The translations under genes were made by a program, and so were the position numbers. 64,000 nucleotides of DNA from Octopus vulgaris (lineage: Eukaryota), in NCBI GenBank assembly GCA_951406725.2, contig OX597831.1:66030001-66094000 (forward strand), given 5' to 3'. Position 1 is the first letter of the stretch. The number at the start of each line of letters is the position of its first letter. The notes under the pieces were generated by a model. That model was not told the origin of the DNA. It saw only the letters and a program-made list of their open reading frames with translations, and made no database searches. This document shows positions 12,587 to 25,805 of this stretch, piece by piece.

Positions 12587-12925
12587 TGAGACACCCTTTG
12601 GTCACAACACAGACCATGGGATTGCACCTAGAAAGTTACCCTCCGAGGCACAAGTCCGGGCAAGGTTGTTTATGGAAGACCAGCAGTCACCCATGCATAC
12701 CGGCCTCCCCTCTCCACGTCACCAGTGTTATCCAAGGGAAAGGCAAAGGGGCAGATACAGCTTGGCACCTGTGACGTCGCAATTCATTTCTACAGCTAAG
12801 TGAACTGGAGCAACGTGAAATAAAGTGTCTTGCTCAAGAACACAACACGCAGCCCGGTCCAGGATTCGAGCTCACAACCTCACGATCGTATGTTCGACGC
12901 TCTAACCACTGAGCCATGCACCTTC
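12587..12925 (-). mobile_element. SINE family C
   Basis: Colinear with 11108-11440; flanked by TA repeats. Confidence 0.85.
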
Positions 12926-12965
<40 letters not shown>

Positions 12966-13660
12966 GTTTTGAGAGGGTATTGTTATGGAAATCTTTAGCT
13001 GTGTGATCTTTCATTGAGCTTGTGAAATGATATTTTCTCTGTACTTGGCAATGATTTAATGCCTTCTGTTTACAAAGACAGCAGTTGTTTACGTTTCTAT
13101 CATGTATTTATAACCTTCACACAATTTCTGCCCTTTTGAATCTATTTATCTACCTGTCTACCTGCCTGTTGTATATACTCTGTATATTCTTATTTGTGCC
13201 TGAAGTAGTTTATCTTGTCAATAATTTCCCTAAGTTGTACATCTGCCTTATATATACTCAAAGATCTGGAAATTTATTTTAATTCTTTTACTCTTTCAAC
13301 TAGAATCATTATTATATAGAGAGAGTAATTTGCTGCGAGAAACAGTGTGTCTAATTTTATCTGACATGTAAAATTATATCTCATTAAAAATATATTTTAT
13401 GAATCAACTTAATAAAATTCTAGAACATTACTCATGTTGACTTTTAAATGCGTATTCAATTACATAAAAGGTGCGTTTTTTTCCTTGAAGAAATAAAAGA
13501 AAAAAAGTAACAAATAAAGTCCAAAAAAAAATCATCTTATAAACACAAGGTCAGGATTTGGGTTGGTTTAAGAAATGGCCAGCCCTAATTGAAGCACATT
13601 TTATAAGATTGTGCTCTTTATGAGCTGTCAAATAGAGAAAGTAATGTTTCTTTAATAAAT

Positions 13661-14056
13661 TACTCTTTTACTCTTTTACTTGTTTCAGTCATTTGACTGC
13701 GGCCATGCTGGAGCACCACCTTTAATCAAGCAACTCGATCCTGGGACTTATTCTTTTGTAAGCCCAGTACTTATTCTATCGGTCTCTTTTGCTGAACCGC
13801 TAAGTAACGGGGATGTAAACACACCAGCATCGGTTGTCAAGCAATGCTAGGGGAACAAACACAGACACACACACACCCATATATATATACGTATATACGA
13901 CAGGCTTCTTTCAGTTTCCATCTACCAAATCCACTCGCAGGGCTTTGGTCGGCCCGAGGCTATAGTAGAAGACACTTGCCAAGGTGCCATGCAGTGGGAC
14001 TGAACCCGGAACCATGTGGTTGGTAAACAAACTACTTACCACACAGCCACTCCTGT
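13661..14056 (-). mobile_element. SINE family A
   Basis: Full tail-to-head reverse copy. Confidence 0.88.
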
Positions 14057-14813
14057 AGAAAATCCAGAAATATATCTTAAAATATATAACTAACATCTTA
14101 TTTTATTTTTCTCCTTATACTTTAAATTAACTTTTAGTTAATTTTAACACAAATTAATTTTAACATAGTTTGAAATATATATGCTGTCTTAAGCTATTGA
14201 TAATCAATATTTCAAGCAATTACATAAATAAAAAGCAAATTAAGAATAGAACCTCATCTTCTCTTCAGTAAATTGTACATAAGTGAAAGTTATAGATAGG
14301 AGTGTTTATACAGAAATGCTTGTTAATGTTTCCCATTTACATGTGTTTATATGGAGTTATAAACATATTCATGAAATAGAAATGTGTGTTGACTATGATA
14401 AAACAAGGGAGAAAGAGCTACATGGAAAATAAGGGTAGAGCTTGTACACACAAATATAATAAGTTTTACGTTTTAAAATGAAGTTTAACAGCATAGTTAG
14501 TTAATCTTTCATTATGCCTCACAAAAGGAAAATGTATATTCTTTTGTCAGCATTAGGACTAAGTTTTTGTTTTTTTTTGTCTCAGATAAGATGTCATAAT
14601 GGAAGATTAATAGAATATGCTACTAAAAATAATAATCCTTTTTACTGGCCAATATTGAATTTATAGAAAATTATGTTCATATGGCTTGGGCCCTCAATTA
14701 TGATAGAGTTCTAGAGGTTCTGTAATGACTTGCCTGCCTTCATAATTTGTTGTGTTTGTATATAGGCACAGATGTTTCTATGACTGAAGTAAATCAAAAG
14801 GAGTACTTATGGC

Positions 14814-14844
<31 letters not shown>

Positions 14845-14883
14845 TGCACGCGGGCATGTGTGTATGTGTGTGTGTATGCGTGA

Positions 14884-15434
<551 letters not shown>

Positions 15435-16279
15435 CACATATATACACACATATATATACAAACATATACATATATGTATACATGAATATATATATATGTA
15501 TATGCATATACATATATATATATATATATGTATGTATATATATGTGTGTGTGTGTATATATATATATGTATATATATAGTCAGAACTCCTGCAAACACAG
15601 GCAAACATGGTGTATAGAAGTGGACAATTTTCCTTACAGGAAACCATTTATACAAACTGAAATTCCAGGGATAATAAATGTGTCCAAGAAAAAAATTTAT
15701 GGTATTATGCTTATTCTTTAGTTACATCCATTTTAACAATATATGGTAGATGTAATTTTTTTTCGTGAATATAAAACTAAAAGAAAATATAAATTGTTTG
15801 TAATATTTCAACATATTACATTAGACCAATGTGCATCTCAGCAGACAAGATAAATAGTAATTTATTGTTATTTATCTGAGATGTGTGTGATGTACATTGG
15901 CCCAAAGTAATATGTTGAAATATTACAAACAATTTATATTTTTATTCATAACTATTTACTTGTAAAAAAATACGACTAAAGAAATATATCCAAAATACGA
16001 CTAAAGAAAATATCCCAAATTCCATTCTTGAACTTTGTATATATATACATATATATAAAATCGAAATATTGCATTTCTAAATATCTCAGAGAGATATATG
16101 CAGTAGTGGTACGATAGAGTAGTTGTATACTGTCAACTTAATGTGACAGTCCCATGAAGGGAATCACATTACTGCTATTTAGCCCTAGGAAGCAGCAATG
16201 CTTCCTGTCGGCCTTGACACACTTCCTGTGTTCTCATGTTTACAAGGGGGAGATAAGCACCCCACCCAGCTAAGCCTGC

Positions 16280-16325
16280 ACTCAGAGACTAGTTTCTGAG
16301 TCTTTGCTCGTCATCAGTCTGGAGT
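16280..16325 (-). ncRNA. Minimal type-I hammerhead ribozyme motif (Penelope-type)
   Basis: Minus strand: actccaga CTGATGA c-gag caaaga ctc-a GAAA ctag TC tctgagt; palindromic ACTAGT stem III; GUC site. Confidence 0.7.
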
Positions 16326-17587
16326 AGCATGTCCTGCTACTTGGAGATGGCCATCTAGCCCTTGTAAACATATAAGAACTCTAGTGAAATATATAAGTGT
16401 TTAATTAGTAATTTTTTTTATTGAACACAAATTTATTACTTAAAGAATTGAATAATAAACTAATGAAGAAAATCACAGAAGTTTTAGGAAATAAATTAGA
16501 AACTAGAAAACTCAAATACAAAAGGTCGTTACTTCTGCTGCACTCTTTATATTCATGTAAATGTTGAACAATGAGAATGAATTCTTAAGACCACATTGGT
16601 GGATAAAGATTTTTTAATTTGCATATTAAGGCTACCATTGGTTTCAGGTTAAAAAATATGTTATACAGTCATATAAATACATTATAAATTTATTTTACTA
16701 CCTATTTTGAACACTTTCATGTAAACTGTTTAAACACAAAGCTCATCTTAACATTTTCTTATCATTGTCAAAAATTCTATTTTCTAACATTTTCTTATCA
16801 TTATCAAAGACTGTATAACTGTATTTTAAAACGATTATGATAACCATTTTTTAACACAACAAAGTTTATACAAAGCTTTACATTTTACTTTGATAATCTT
16901 TTTAAAAAAAGTAAAACAAGTCAAGTCAATAAACATCTTTAAAAGACATCTGCATTTTCAAACCCACTTTCCTATATATATATAGGGAGAGAGAGAGAGA
17001 GGGAGAGAGAGAAAGAGAGTGAGACACATATACACACACGCATGCACACACACACACTCACACAGAGTGTGTCATACACTTGAGTTTAAAAATGGAGTCT
17101 GCTGAAAAGTATGAATATAATATAAAATAAATATTTGGTTTTTGAATATTCAGTTGTAGGTTAAGAAAAAAAATGTAGTTATGATCTTTCCAGATAATTC
17201 TGGACTGCTGATGTTGACATAGTTGATATTCAATATAGGTTGATGCTACTGTTTAGCCCTAGGTCAACCCTAGTAAAGCAGCTTTATGAACATAGAATTT
17301 TGTTTGTGATCATTCAGGCATTTTGTGGGTATCTAGGTTTACTTTAGCTAATGTCCTTACTCTTTTAAGATGGTATGGTGTTAATTTAAGGGAAATTTGG
17401 CTGCTATTTTGAGCAGGTTGAAGGAACAAATAGCAGAGATAATGCCTCATACATATCTGTTACAAGCTACATTATCTTCCACTCACACTATCTCATTAGA
17501 TTGCAGAATGCCCTTTGTGAGAAGCTTTTAAAAGTCCAGAAGATATAATAAACATTGTAAAGTCTTCTCTAAACTTTTTCTCCTGAC

Positions 17588-17758
17588 TGGCTGTGTGGTA
17601 AGTAGCTTGCTTACCAGCCACATGGTTCTGGGTTCAGTCCCACTGCGTGGCACCTTGGGCAAGTGTCTTCTACTATAGCCTTGGGCCAAGCAAAGCCTTG
17701 TGAGTGGATTTGGTAGACAGAAACTGAAAGAAGCCCGTTGTATATATGTATATATATG

Positions 17759-17791
<33 letters not shown>

Positions 17792-18001
17792 TTGTGTGTC
17801 TGTGTTTGTCTCCCTAACATCGCTTGACAACCGATGCTGGTGTGTTTACATCCCCGTAACTTAGCGGTTCAGCAAAAGAGACCGATAGAATAAGTACTAG
17901 GCTTACAAAGAATAAGTCCTAGGTGCGATTTGCTCGACTAAAGGCGGAGCTCCAGCATGACCACAGTCAAATGACTGAAACAAGTAAAAGAGTAAAAGAG
18001 T
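17588..18001 (+). mobile_element. SINE family A
   Basis: Colinear with the other family A copies. Confidence 0.88.
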
Positions 18002-19131
18002 AATCAAGCTAACAGAAACAATCAGCTGCACTGACTGGAATGGTAATTATGATTTAGTTAGAAGAATAGATTACACAACAACAATATTACATTGAGAACT
18101 TCTGCATTTACAGGAATCTAATGAAATGTCTACAAGTCCTTGCTGTATTGATTACAAATTACTCTTATTTAAACAATCTTCTATAAAATGGATTTGCCTG
18201 ATAAAATTGGTGGATTGCAATGTATTGGTTTTGATCTCCTATAGTTTCTTAAGTGTTAACAAGAAGTGTTAACTAGAAGAGAGTATTGAGAGATGCAATT
18301 CAATCGGTATTTAGTGTTGCAGGATTCAGCACTTGTGAGGAATCAGTCAAATTCAACTTCTCAGTTCTTTTTCGTTATTGAGAAGAATTATTGACAGATT
18401 TATTGAGGATGTCTATCAATGGTCTTACTGAACAATATATAGATTTGAATTATATCAATTCTGATGTATTTATTGTAGTTAGATAGGATGAAGTCTCATA
18501 AGTTATGTCATATTGTTCAATAATAGATACACACACAAACAAAAACAGCAGCTACAAGCAGAGTGAACTTACTGTTCACTGTTCTAGTATTGATGGCCAT
18601 TGGGAGGAATGGAGAAAACAACACTCATAAAACTTGGAAAAAGTTTCTTTAAACATTCAGTTACATAGCAAAAGCTCTCACATATAAAAAGTAAAGTGAA
18701 TGGATCTTGTTTAATGATCAGTGTTATTTTGCTTGTTTGATCTGTGTTACAGCTGCCTCTTCACTGACTGGTTCAATATTCCATAAACATTTGTATTCTT
18801 AAAGAAATCGTCAGACAGAATTGGTGTAACAAAGTTGACTTTCCATATATTCCAGATACAGTTCGACCAATATGTCTCTGCACAGTGTTCGACGACCCAA
18901 TTTCCCTTACATGGTTTAGGTTGGTCAAAAATTATGGTAGTGGAATCTTTCCTAATGTGCTATGAATTGGGATCACACCCAAAGTATTGTGATTGGAAAG
19001 TAAAATTCCTGCCTATTTAGCTACGTCTGACAATTATGTGTGTGTGCATGTACAAGTGCAAGTATACATACATATGTGTGTGCGTGTGTGTGTGTGCATG
19101 TGTGTGTATGTGTATATATATATATATATGT

Positions 19132-19522
19132 ACAACTTATAAACAAGGGCAAAAGAAAAAAATTTCTAATTTCAAATATGCCAAAAACAGACACATCGTC
19201 ATGGGTATAAGTAGGTATTTCATTTATTTCTTTGCCGCATTTATCACTGATGAAGAGAAGGTTCTTATGAATTAACTCTGAAATCGGATCCGATATGATA
19301 ACAGAATTTTTTAGTAATTTCTGTCGGCTTTCTTCGAGATGCATGCTTATAGTGATGAATTATATGGTTATTGACGATGTGTCTGTTTTCGGCATATTTG
19401 GCATTAGAATTTTTTTTCTTTTGCCCTTGTTTATAAGTTGTTTATAAATTTAACCTTTAAAGGTATTTTTTTCATATGCTGGCCATTGATATAATTTTTT
19501 TCGAAAAATTTTATCCTATATT

Positions 19523-19524
<2 letters not shown>
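19132..19524 (+). mobile_element. (TA)n-embedded fold-back element (Penelope pLTR-like) containing a hammerhead
   Basis: 70-bp inverted arms at 19132-19201 and 19372-19441; TA repeats on both sides. Confidence 0.7.
19241..19301 (+). ncRNA. Type-I hammerhead ribozyme, catalytic core intact
   Basis: ttatca CTGATGA agag..ctct GAAA tcg gatc cga TA tgataa: 6-bp stem I, 4-bp stem II, 4-bp stem III within the palindrome ATCGGATCCGAT; AUA site, predicted cut 19295/19296. Confidence 0.85.
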
Positions 19525-19565
<41 letters not shown>

Positions 19566-19566
<1 letters not shown>

Positions 19567-20428
19567 ATAAACAAAATCAAACACACATACACAAGATGTG
19601 TCAGCTGCATTTTAGGTATGAGAACATATTCTCAATGTGCCTGGTGTTAAAGCACCGGAAAGTAAGTCAAAGGTAAGCTAGACAACTCACATCAGGTCCC
19701 TTTCCGGAGTGACAGACATTGATGTTCATCATTGTTGTGACTTTTCAATACCACCGACTGAACAGAGCACACATTATGCTATATTGCTGACTTTCACTAT
19801 ATGCTTAATGGTTTAAAAAAACCATCTGCTGGCATGTTCCAAAGTTTCATGCCATGGAAAAAAAAATTCAAACATGAATTAGAAGTAGCTTGGAGTATAT
19901 GAACAGAAATGGCCTAGTGGTTAGATCAGTGGACTCGCAATCAAGGGATCGTGGGTTCGAATCTCAAACCGGGTGATGTGTGTGTTTATGAGCAAAATAC
20001 CTAAGCTCCACACGGCTCCAGCAGAAGGTAATGGCAAACTTCTGCTGACTCTTTAGAATGGCGGTGCCCCAGCATGGCCACAGCTCGTGAGCTGAAACTA
20101 GATAAAATAAAATATAAATAAAAAATACATAAGGTGTGCATAATAGTTAGCTCATGGGTTGGCTGCATTTAGACACCTGAAAGTAAGTCATATGCAGGTG
20201 AAACAACTCACATCAAGTCCCTTTTTGGAGTGACAGACATCGCTGTTTCCTCGTTGTTGCTCCAAGAGGGGACCTGATGTGAGTTGCCTCTCTTGCCAAT
20301 GACTTACTTTTAGGTGTTTTTAGTGCCAGGTGCATTGAGAATATATTCTCTTATGCCTAAAAACGCAGCTGACCCACGAAGTAACAACCCACACACTTTG
20401 TGTAACTGTGTTCGATTTTGTTTATATA
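19566..20428. mobile_element. (TA)n-embedded fold-back element with degenerate hammerhead remnants and an inserted chimeric SINE (19910-20110)
   Basis: Diverged inverted arms at about 19566-19708 and 20262-20428, plus a direct copy at about 20160-20250; minus-strand TTGAAAA gtca..tgat GAA catcaatg TC at 19711-19752. Confidence 0.55.
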
Positions 20429-20448
20429 CCTCAGGCTGCTTCTAATAT

Positions 20449-20502
<54 letters not shown>

Positions 20503-20509
<7 letters not shown>

Positions 20510-20840
20510 GGGATTATATCCAAACTTAGAAGGAAAAATTAGATTTAGGATTAAATCAAATTTCACAGTATAAATATAAAATAAATTAGAGATAAAACCA
20601 CTATTAGGCAACTCAAGCAGTGATAGACATAAACCAATACATAAATAACAAAAAATATAAATATAATTAATATAATATATAATATATATATAAAATATAA
20701 AATTTAAAATTTAAATTTAAAAATTTTTATATTTAAAAATTTTTTAATTTTTTAATTCTTATATTTTTATATATTTTTATATTTTATATATCACTGCTTG
20801 AGTTGCCTAATAGTGGTTTTATCTCTAATTTAATTTATAT
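20503..20840. mobile_element. (TA)n-embedded element with a 44-bp inverted repeat
   Basis: TAAATTAGAGATAAAACCACTATTAGGCAACTCAAGCAGTGATA (20582-20625) is inverted at 20789-20832. Confidence 0.6.
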
Positions 20841-20845
20841 ATATA

Positions 20846-21372
20846 TATACCTTGATACTGTGTGGACTGAGATCCATATTGACAGACCCCTGATATTAAG
20901 TAAAGTTATGCAAATTAGTAACTCCAGTTTTCTATAGATACTGTAATTGTAGAATATATAAACAGATTTCTGGTTGTTTCTGTAGGGTTGGTCACACTGA
21001 TGTAGATGCCTCTGTCAAGAATCCAATAAGATTTAAAAACTGATTAAGGTTGTTAATCCTTTTTTCCAGTTTATGGCAAAATAACTAAATTAGCCCTGTT
21101 TATATATCTACCTTATAGGTTTACATATATTATTATATCATACCTTGATACTGTGTAGACTGAGATCTCCATTGACAGACCTCTGATATTAAATATAGTA
21201 TGCAAATTAAAAGTTCCACTTCTCTGTAGCTACTTATTGGCTGCTTATATTTCTCCAGTAGATGCCTTTGATGAGAATCCAATGAGATTTTAAAAAATTG
21301 ATTTGGATTGCTTATCAATTTTTCAATCTACAGAGAAGTAACTAAATTAATCATGTTTATATCTACTTTATA
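20846..21372 (+). repeat. Two diverged tandem copies of a 230-290 bp TA-flanked element
   Basis: Both start ATACCTTGATACTGTGT.GACTGAGATC and end TATATCTAC.TTATA. Confidence 0.75.
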
Positions 21373-21424
21373 TATTACACACACATACATGTATATATAT
21401 ACACACACACACACACATATATTT

Positions 21425-21472
<48 letters not shown>

Positions 21473-21473
21473 G

Positions 21474-21812
21474 TAAAATAATATGTGACAATTATTCAAT
21501 AGCCAAGATAAAACTCTAAGTTTCGGATGCTGAGGTGGAAATCCACAACACCATCTCTTCGATTATCTGGCCATCTGAAAAACGCTATGAAAAAAGACTG
21601 TTATACAAGGGAATTAGAAAGTAATTTTCATAGCGTTTTTCAGATGGCCAGATAACCGAAGAGATGGTGTTGTGGATTTCCACCTCGGCATCCGAAACTT
21701 AGAGTTTTATCTTGGCTATTGAATAACTGTCACATATTATTTTAGTGATAAATTTCCTATATTTACATAATATTGAGGTCTCTTTCTTTCTTTTGTTATC
21801 TTACCGTTTTTA

Positions 21813-21817
<5 letters not shown>
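21474..21817. mobile_element. (TA)n-embedded fold-back element; the 120-bp arms each carry a hammerhead variant
   Basis: Arms at 21474-21593 and 21625-21744; plus-strand gccagataa CCGAAGA gatg..catc-c GAAA ct tag ag TT ttatcttggc at 21647-21716. Confidence 0.7.
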
Positions 21818-21870
<53 letters not shown>

Positions 21871-22465
21871 TATATACATTTATGTATAAGTAGTGGAACC
21901 CATAAATATTTCATGGAATTAATGGTAAACCTTTTGGGTTATTTCTGAAAATTTTATCCAAAATCTCTGAAAGCATAGCCTGTGTTATGCTGAATATGTC
22001 TGAATGTGTCTGACATATGCGTATATGTCTGAATGGAAAGATAGTCACTCTTCTGCTACTCATTGGAAAGTGAAAGAAATCGAAATACGATAATTAATGC
22101 ACTTTATATACTTTATGCACAATTTTATAGACTTAATGCACAGCACTCATAAAATGAATAGTTACTCTTATTTTTCCACTTTCCTCATAAAAAAAAATTG
22201 TCATGCATATGATACAACCTATAGTTAAATTGCATATATCTGCCATGTAAATAAGCTTGAATATGTCGCAGAATTGCACTTATCTGCATGCATTAAATAA
22301 GAGGTGATATGAAAAAAACTTAGCTCAATTATAAGAAAAATACTTTTCACTCTCCACCACCACCAACACCACCACCACCACCACCACCATCATCATCATC
22401 TGTCTATCTTCCCCTCTCTCTCTCCACCCTCACCTTCCTCTCTCTCTCCTCTCTCTCTCTCTCCT

Positions 22466-22510
<45 letters not shown>

Positions 22511-22577
22511 CTTTAACCTCTCCATCAGTACATCACCCCTTTACTAAAATTATATTTCTAACTCCATATCACTACCT

Positions 22578-22678
22578 AATTTTTTACTACCCACAAGGGG
22601 CTAAACATAGAGGGGACAAACAAGGACAGACAAACAGATTAAGTCAATTACATCGATCCCAGTGCGTAACTGGTACTT
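22578..22678 (-). mobile_element. 5'-truncated MetaSINE-like copy (family D) with a 16-bp TSD
   Basis: CTCCATATCACTACCT at 22562-22577 and 22679-22694. Confidence 0.8.
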
Positions 22679-22911
22679 CTCCATATCACTACCTTCAACT
22701 AATTTTTAACCATGTAATAAATATTACATTCCCCCTACCACACGTTATGGATGCTTCTCTCTCTGTCTTTTCTCTCTCCTTTTTCTTTCTCCCTCTTTCT
22801 ATCTCACTCTGCACCTTATCCTCTCTTTCTCTCTCCATTTTCTTCCTCCCTCTTGTTCTCTCTTTCCTTTCAGCTAATCACTTGAAAGCACTACAATTAT
22901 GTTCTCTCTAC

Positions 22912-23400
22912 CCAGTGGTTAGGGCAGCGGACTCGTGGTTGGAGGATCACGGTTTCATTTCCCAGACCAGGCATTGTGAGTGTTTATTGAGCAAAAACAC
23001 CTAAAGCTCCACGAGGCTCCGGCAGCGGGTGGTGGTGCTGTACTCTTTCACCACAACTGTCTCTCACTCTTTCTTCATGTTCCTGTTGTACCTGTATTTC
23101 AAAGGGGCCAGCCTTGTCACACTTTGTGTCATGCTGAATCTCCCCAAGAACTACGTTAAGGGTACACATGTCTGTGGAGTGCTCAGCCACTTGCACGTTA
23201 ATAAATGAGATGCGACGTCACTGGTGCCAAGCTGTATCGGCCTTTGCCTTTCCCTTGGATAACATTGGTGGCGTGGAGAGAGGAGGCTGGTATGTGTGGG
23301 CGACTGCTGGTCTTCCATAAACAACATTGCCCAGACTTGTGCCTCGGAGGGTAACTTACTAGGTGCAATTCCATGGTCAGTCATGACCGAAGGAGGTCAC
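22912..23400 (+). mobile_element. Chimeric SINE: family B-like head, Nin/Deu-like middle, family C 3' part
   Basis: Head matches the 1852 copy; middle ends TGCACGTTAA; 3' part matches the 12587-12780 reverse complement. Confidence 0.7.
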
Positions 23401-23866
23401 CTCACATCATGGACGCTTCTCTCTCCCTCTTTTTCTCTCTCCTTATTTTCTTTCTCTCTCTTCTTCTCTCGCTCTTCACCTTTCCTTTCAACTAATCATG
23501 TGAAAGTATTACACACAGGCTAAGTAATGGAGTGATAAGCAGAGTTATAAGATTGTATTTGTAACTTTTCTAACAGTTACACATTTATTTTAATAACTTC
23601 CATCATAACTGCTCTCTTTGTCTTCACAAAAACTTTCCACAACCCCAGATCTCTTCTTCACTTAGCAATGCCCTTCTTCAGTTCACCTTTTGATCATGTT
23701 ACTCATTGTTTTTTTTATAATTGATACAAAAATTGCTAATCTTTTTCTCAACTGGTCATTCTGCTTTGATATCAGCTCATGAGTTGCCTGCATTTAAATT
23801 CATTGACATCTCTTTCCTTAATGGTTTCCATTGTTGTGTTTTATCAAATTAAAATTACAATTAATT

Positions 23867-24270
23867 CTACTGGCACTTATGCCTGTGCTAGTAGGGTGCC
23901 AAAAGCACCATCCGAGCATGATCGTTGCTAGAGCAGCCAACTGGCTTCCTTACCCCTGGCACGTAAAAGAGCACCATTTGAGCGTGATCATTACCAACGT
24001 CGCTTCACTGGCACCTGTGCCAGTGGCACATGTAAAAGATTTGAGCGAGGTCATTGCCAGTACCACCTGACTGGCCCCCATGCCGGTGGTACATAAAAAG
24101 CACCCACTACACTCTCGGAGTGGTTGGCGTTAAGAAGGGCATCAAGCTGTAGAAACTCTGCCAGATCAAGATTGGAGTCTGGTGCAGCCATCTGGTTCAC
24201 CAGTCCTCAGTCAAAATCGTCCAACCCATGCTAGCATGGAAAGCGGACGTTAAACGATGATGATGATGAT
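23867..24270 (+). mobile_element. RTE 3' UTR fragment with GGCAC-TAAAA-GCACC units and (GAT)n tail
   Basis: Terminal segment matches 31660-31816. Confidence 0.85.
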
Positions 24271-24844
24271 GTACATATGAAGAAGAAAAAGCATATCTCA
24301 TTAGGAAAAAATTAAAACTTTACTCAATATGGTGGCTACAATCTTTTTACAGGTTATTTTTTAGCTGAGAACAAATACAATTTTTTCAAAGTCTTAATCA
24401 TATTCACAGATATATTTGGTGAAAGATGGCTTCCCATTTAGTTTTCATCATAGCTAGATGACAGAAAACAATTTTTCATATCTATAAGTTGGTTGGATGT
24501 AATAAACTCTTCCATCTTCAAAAGAATCCAAATCATTACAATATGAGTTTGACTGATGGCCAATTATTATAACTTTCAGAATGTATGTTTAGGAGTTTTA
24601 CTGGTTTTAGATATATTTGTGCAGATCCTGCATGCCCTATTCTGGTGGAAGCATTTACATCCAACAAGAAATTGCGAACAATTCCTTTTCACTTAGTGAT
24701 CTTCACTGTTTCAGGGTCTTGGATAAGCAGAATACATTTTTGGAAAATGCTTGTAACATTTAGGTAGATGTGGATAGGAGATGAAATCTTTCAGTAACTA
24801 AAATTGCTGGAACTATTAAGTTATCCAATTCTGATTATATCAAC

Positions 24845-25190
24845 AAGACCAAGACATTGAGTATGGAAGATGTGAGGATGCTGGAGAGAAGTGAGGCAAG
24901 TGTTGCATGTGTAATGTTAATCTGTAATGAAGGTAGAACACAAATGAAATGAAGGAGTGAGTTGACATTAAAAGGATTTACCAATGCATGAAAAGAAGAT
25001 GTTTGCACTGATATAGACATCTGATATGAATGATCAGTGCGTGAAAAAGAGAAGTGATGTGTGTTGCCAGAGAGAGACAAGAGAAAAGCAAGTTGCCAGG
25101 GAATAGTAGGAGAAAATCAAGAAAAATAAGAGGAGTGGTGAGATCTGATCTCAGGATATTGGGTTTCAAAAATGAGTTGTCAAAATGAAG
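24845..25190 (+). pseudogene. Highly degraded RTE ORF C-terminal fragment
   Basis: EDVRMLERSEAS...VVRSDLRILG resembles 30450-30760. Confidence 0.55.
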
Positions 25191-25805
25191 CTGATATACT
25201 CTACTAACTCATGCCACTGGAAAATAGCTATTAAAAATATTCCATGTATTCATAGAAAAAGCTCAGGTCAACCCTGGCTGGGCAGACCTATGAATATATG
25301 AGTTCCCACCATCACATCCATTTCTTTTGGACAGTGAATCCAGGACTACATTATCCTGTTACATGATAAAGTCTGATTTAAATGTGATTTCATTGCTTGT
25401 TTTGGTTCATTGACTTGAACTATACTAAACTATAATCAACAGGTATTATTCTAAAACTAAAAAACTGTACTGTAAATTATTTTCATCAAACCTAAATATT
25501 TTATAAATGAAATAACATTCTGGTTCGCAATTCATCTTTACTGTTTCCTTCCATTTAAATTTGAAATGTCATTTAATCCCATTTGAGTAAAAATATTTTT
25601 TTGTTTCATATAGTAAATTAGGTAAGTACGATTACATAAAAGAAAGTAGATGCCAAGTAGTGGCCTTATATTTGTCTGCAACTTTACTCTAAAATGTGTC
25701 CTTGATATTGATTACATATTTATTATGATGTATAAATTGATTACATATTTATTACGATGTATAAATTAAGTATAATAGTGAATTCTTTTTTTTTTTTTTT
25801 TACAG

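Noticed and set aside
12587-12650. Twister-like ribozyme at the 3' end of SINE family C (TAAC..GGTGCAATCCC..)
   Set aside because: The loop is one nucleotide short and the two pseudoknot pairings cannot be formed; more likely a LINE-derived tail hairpin.
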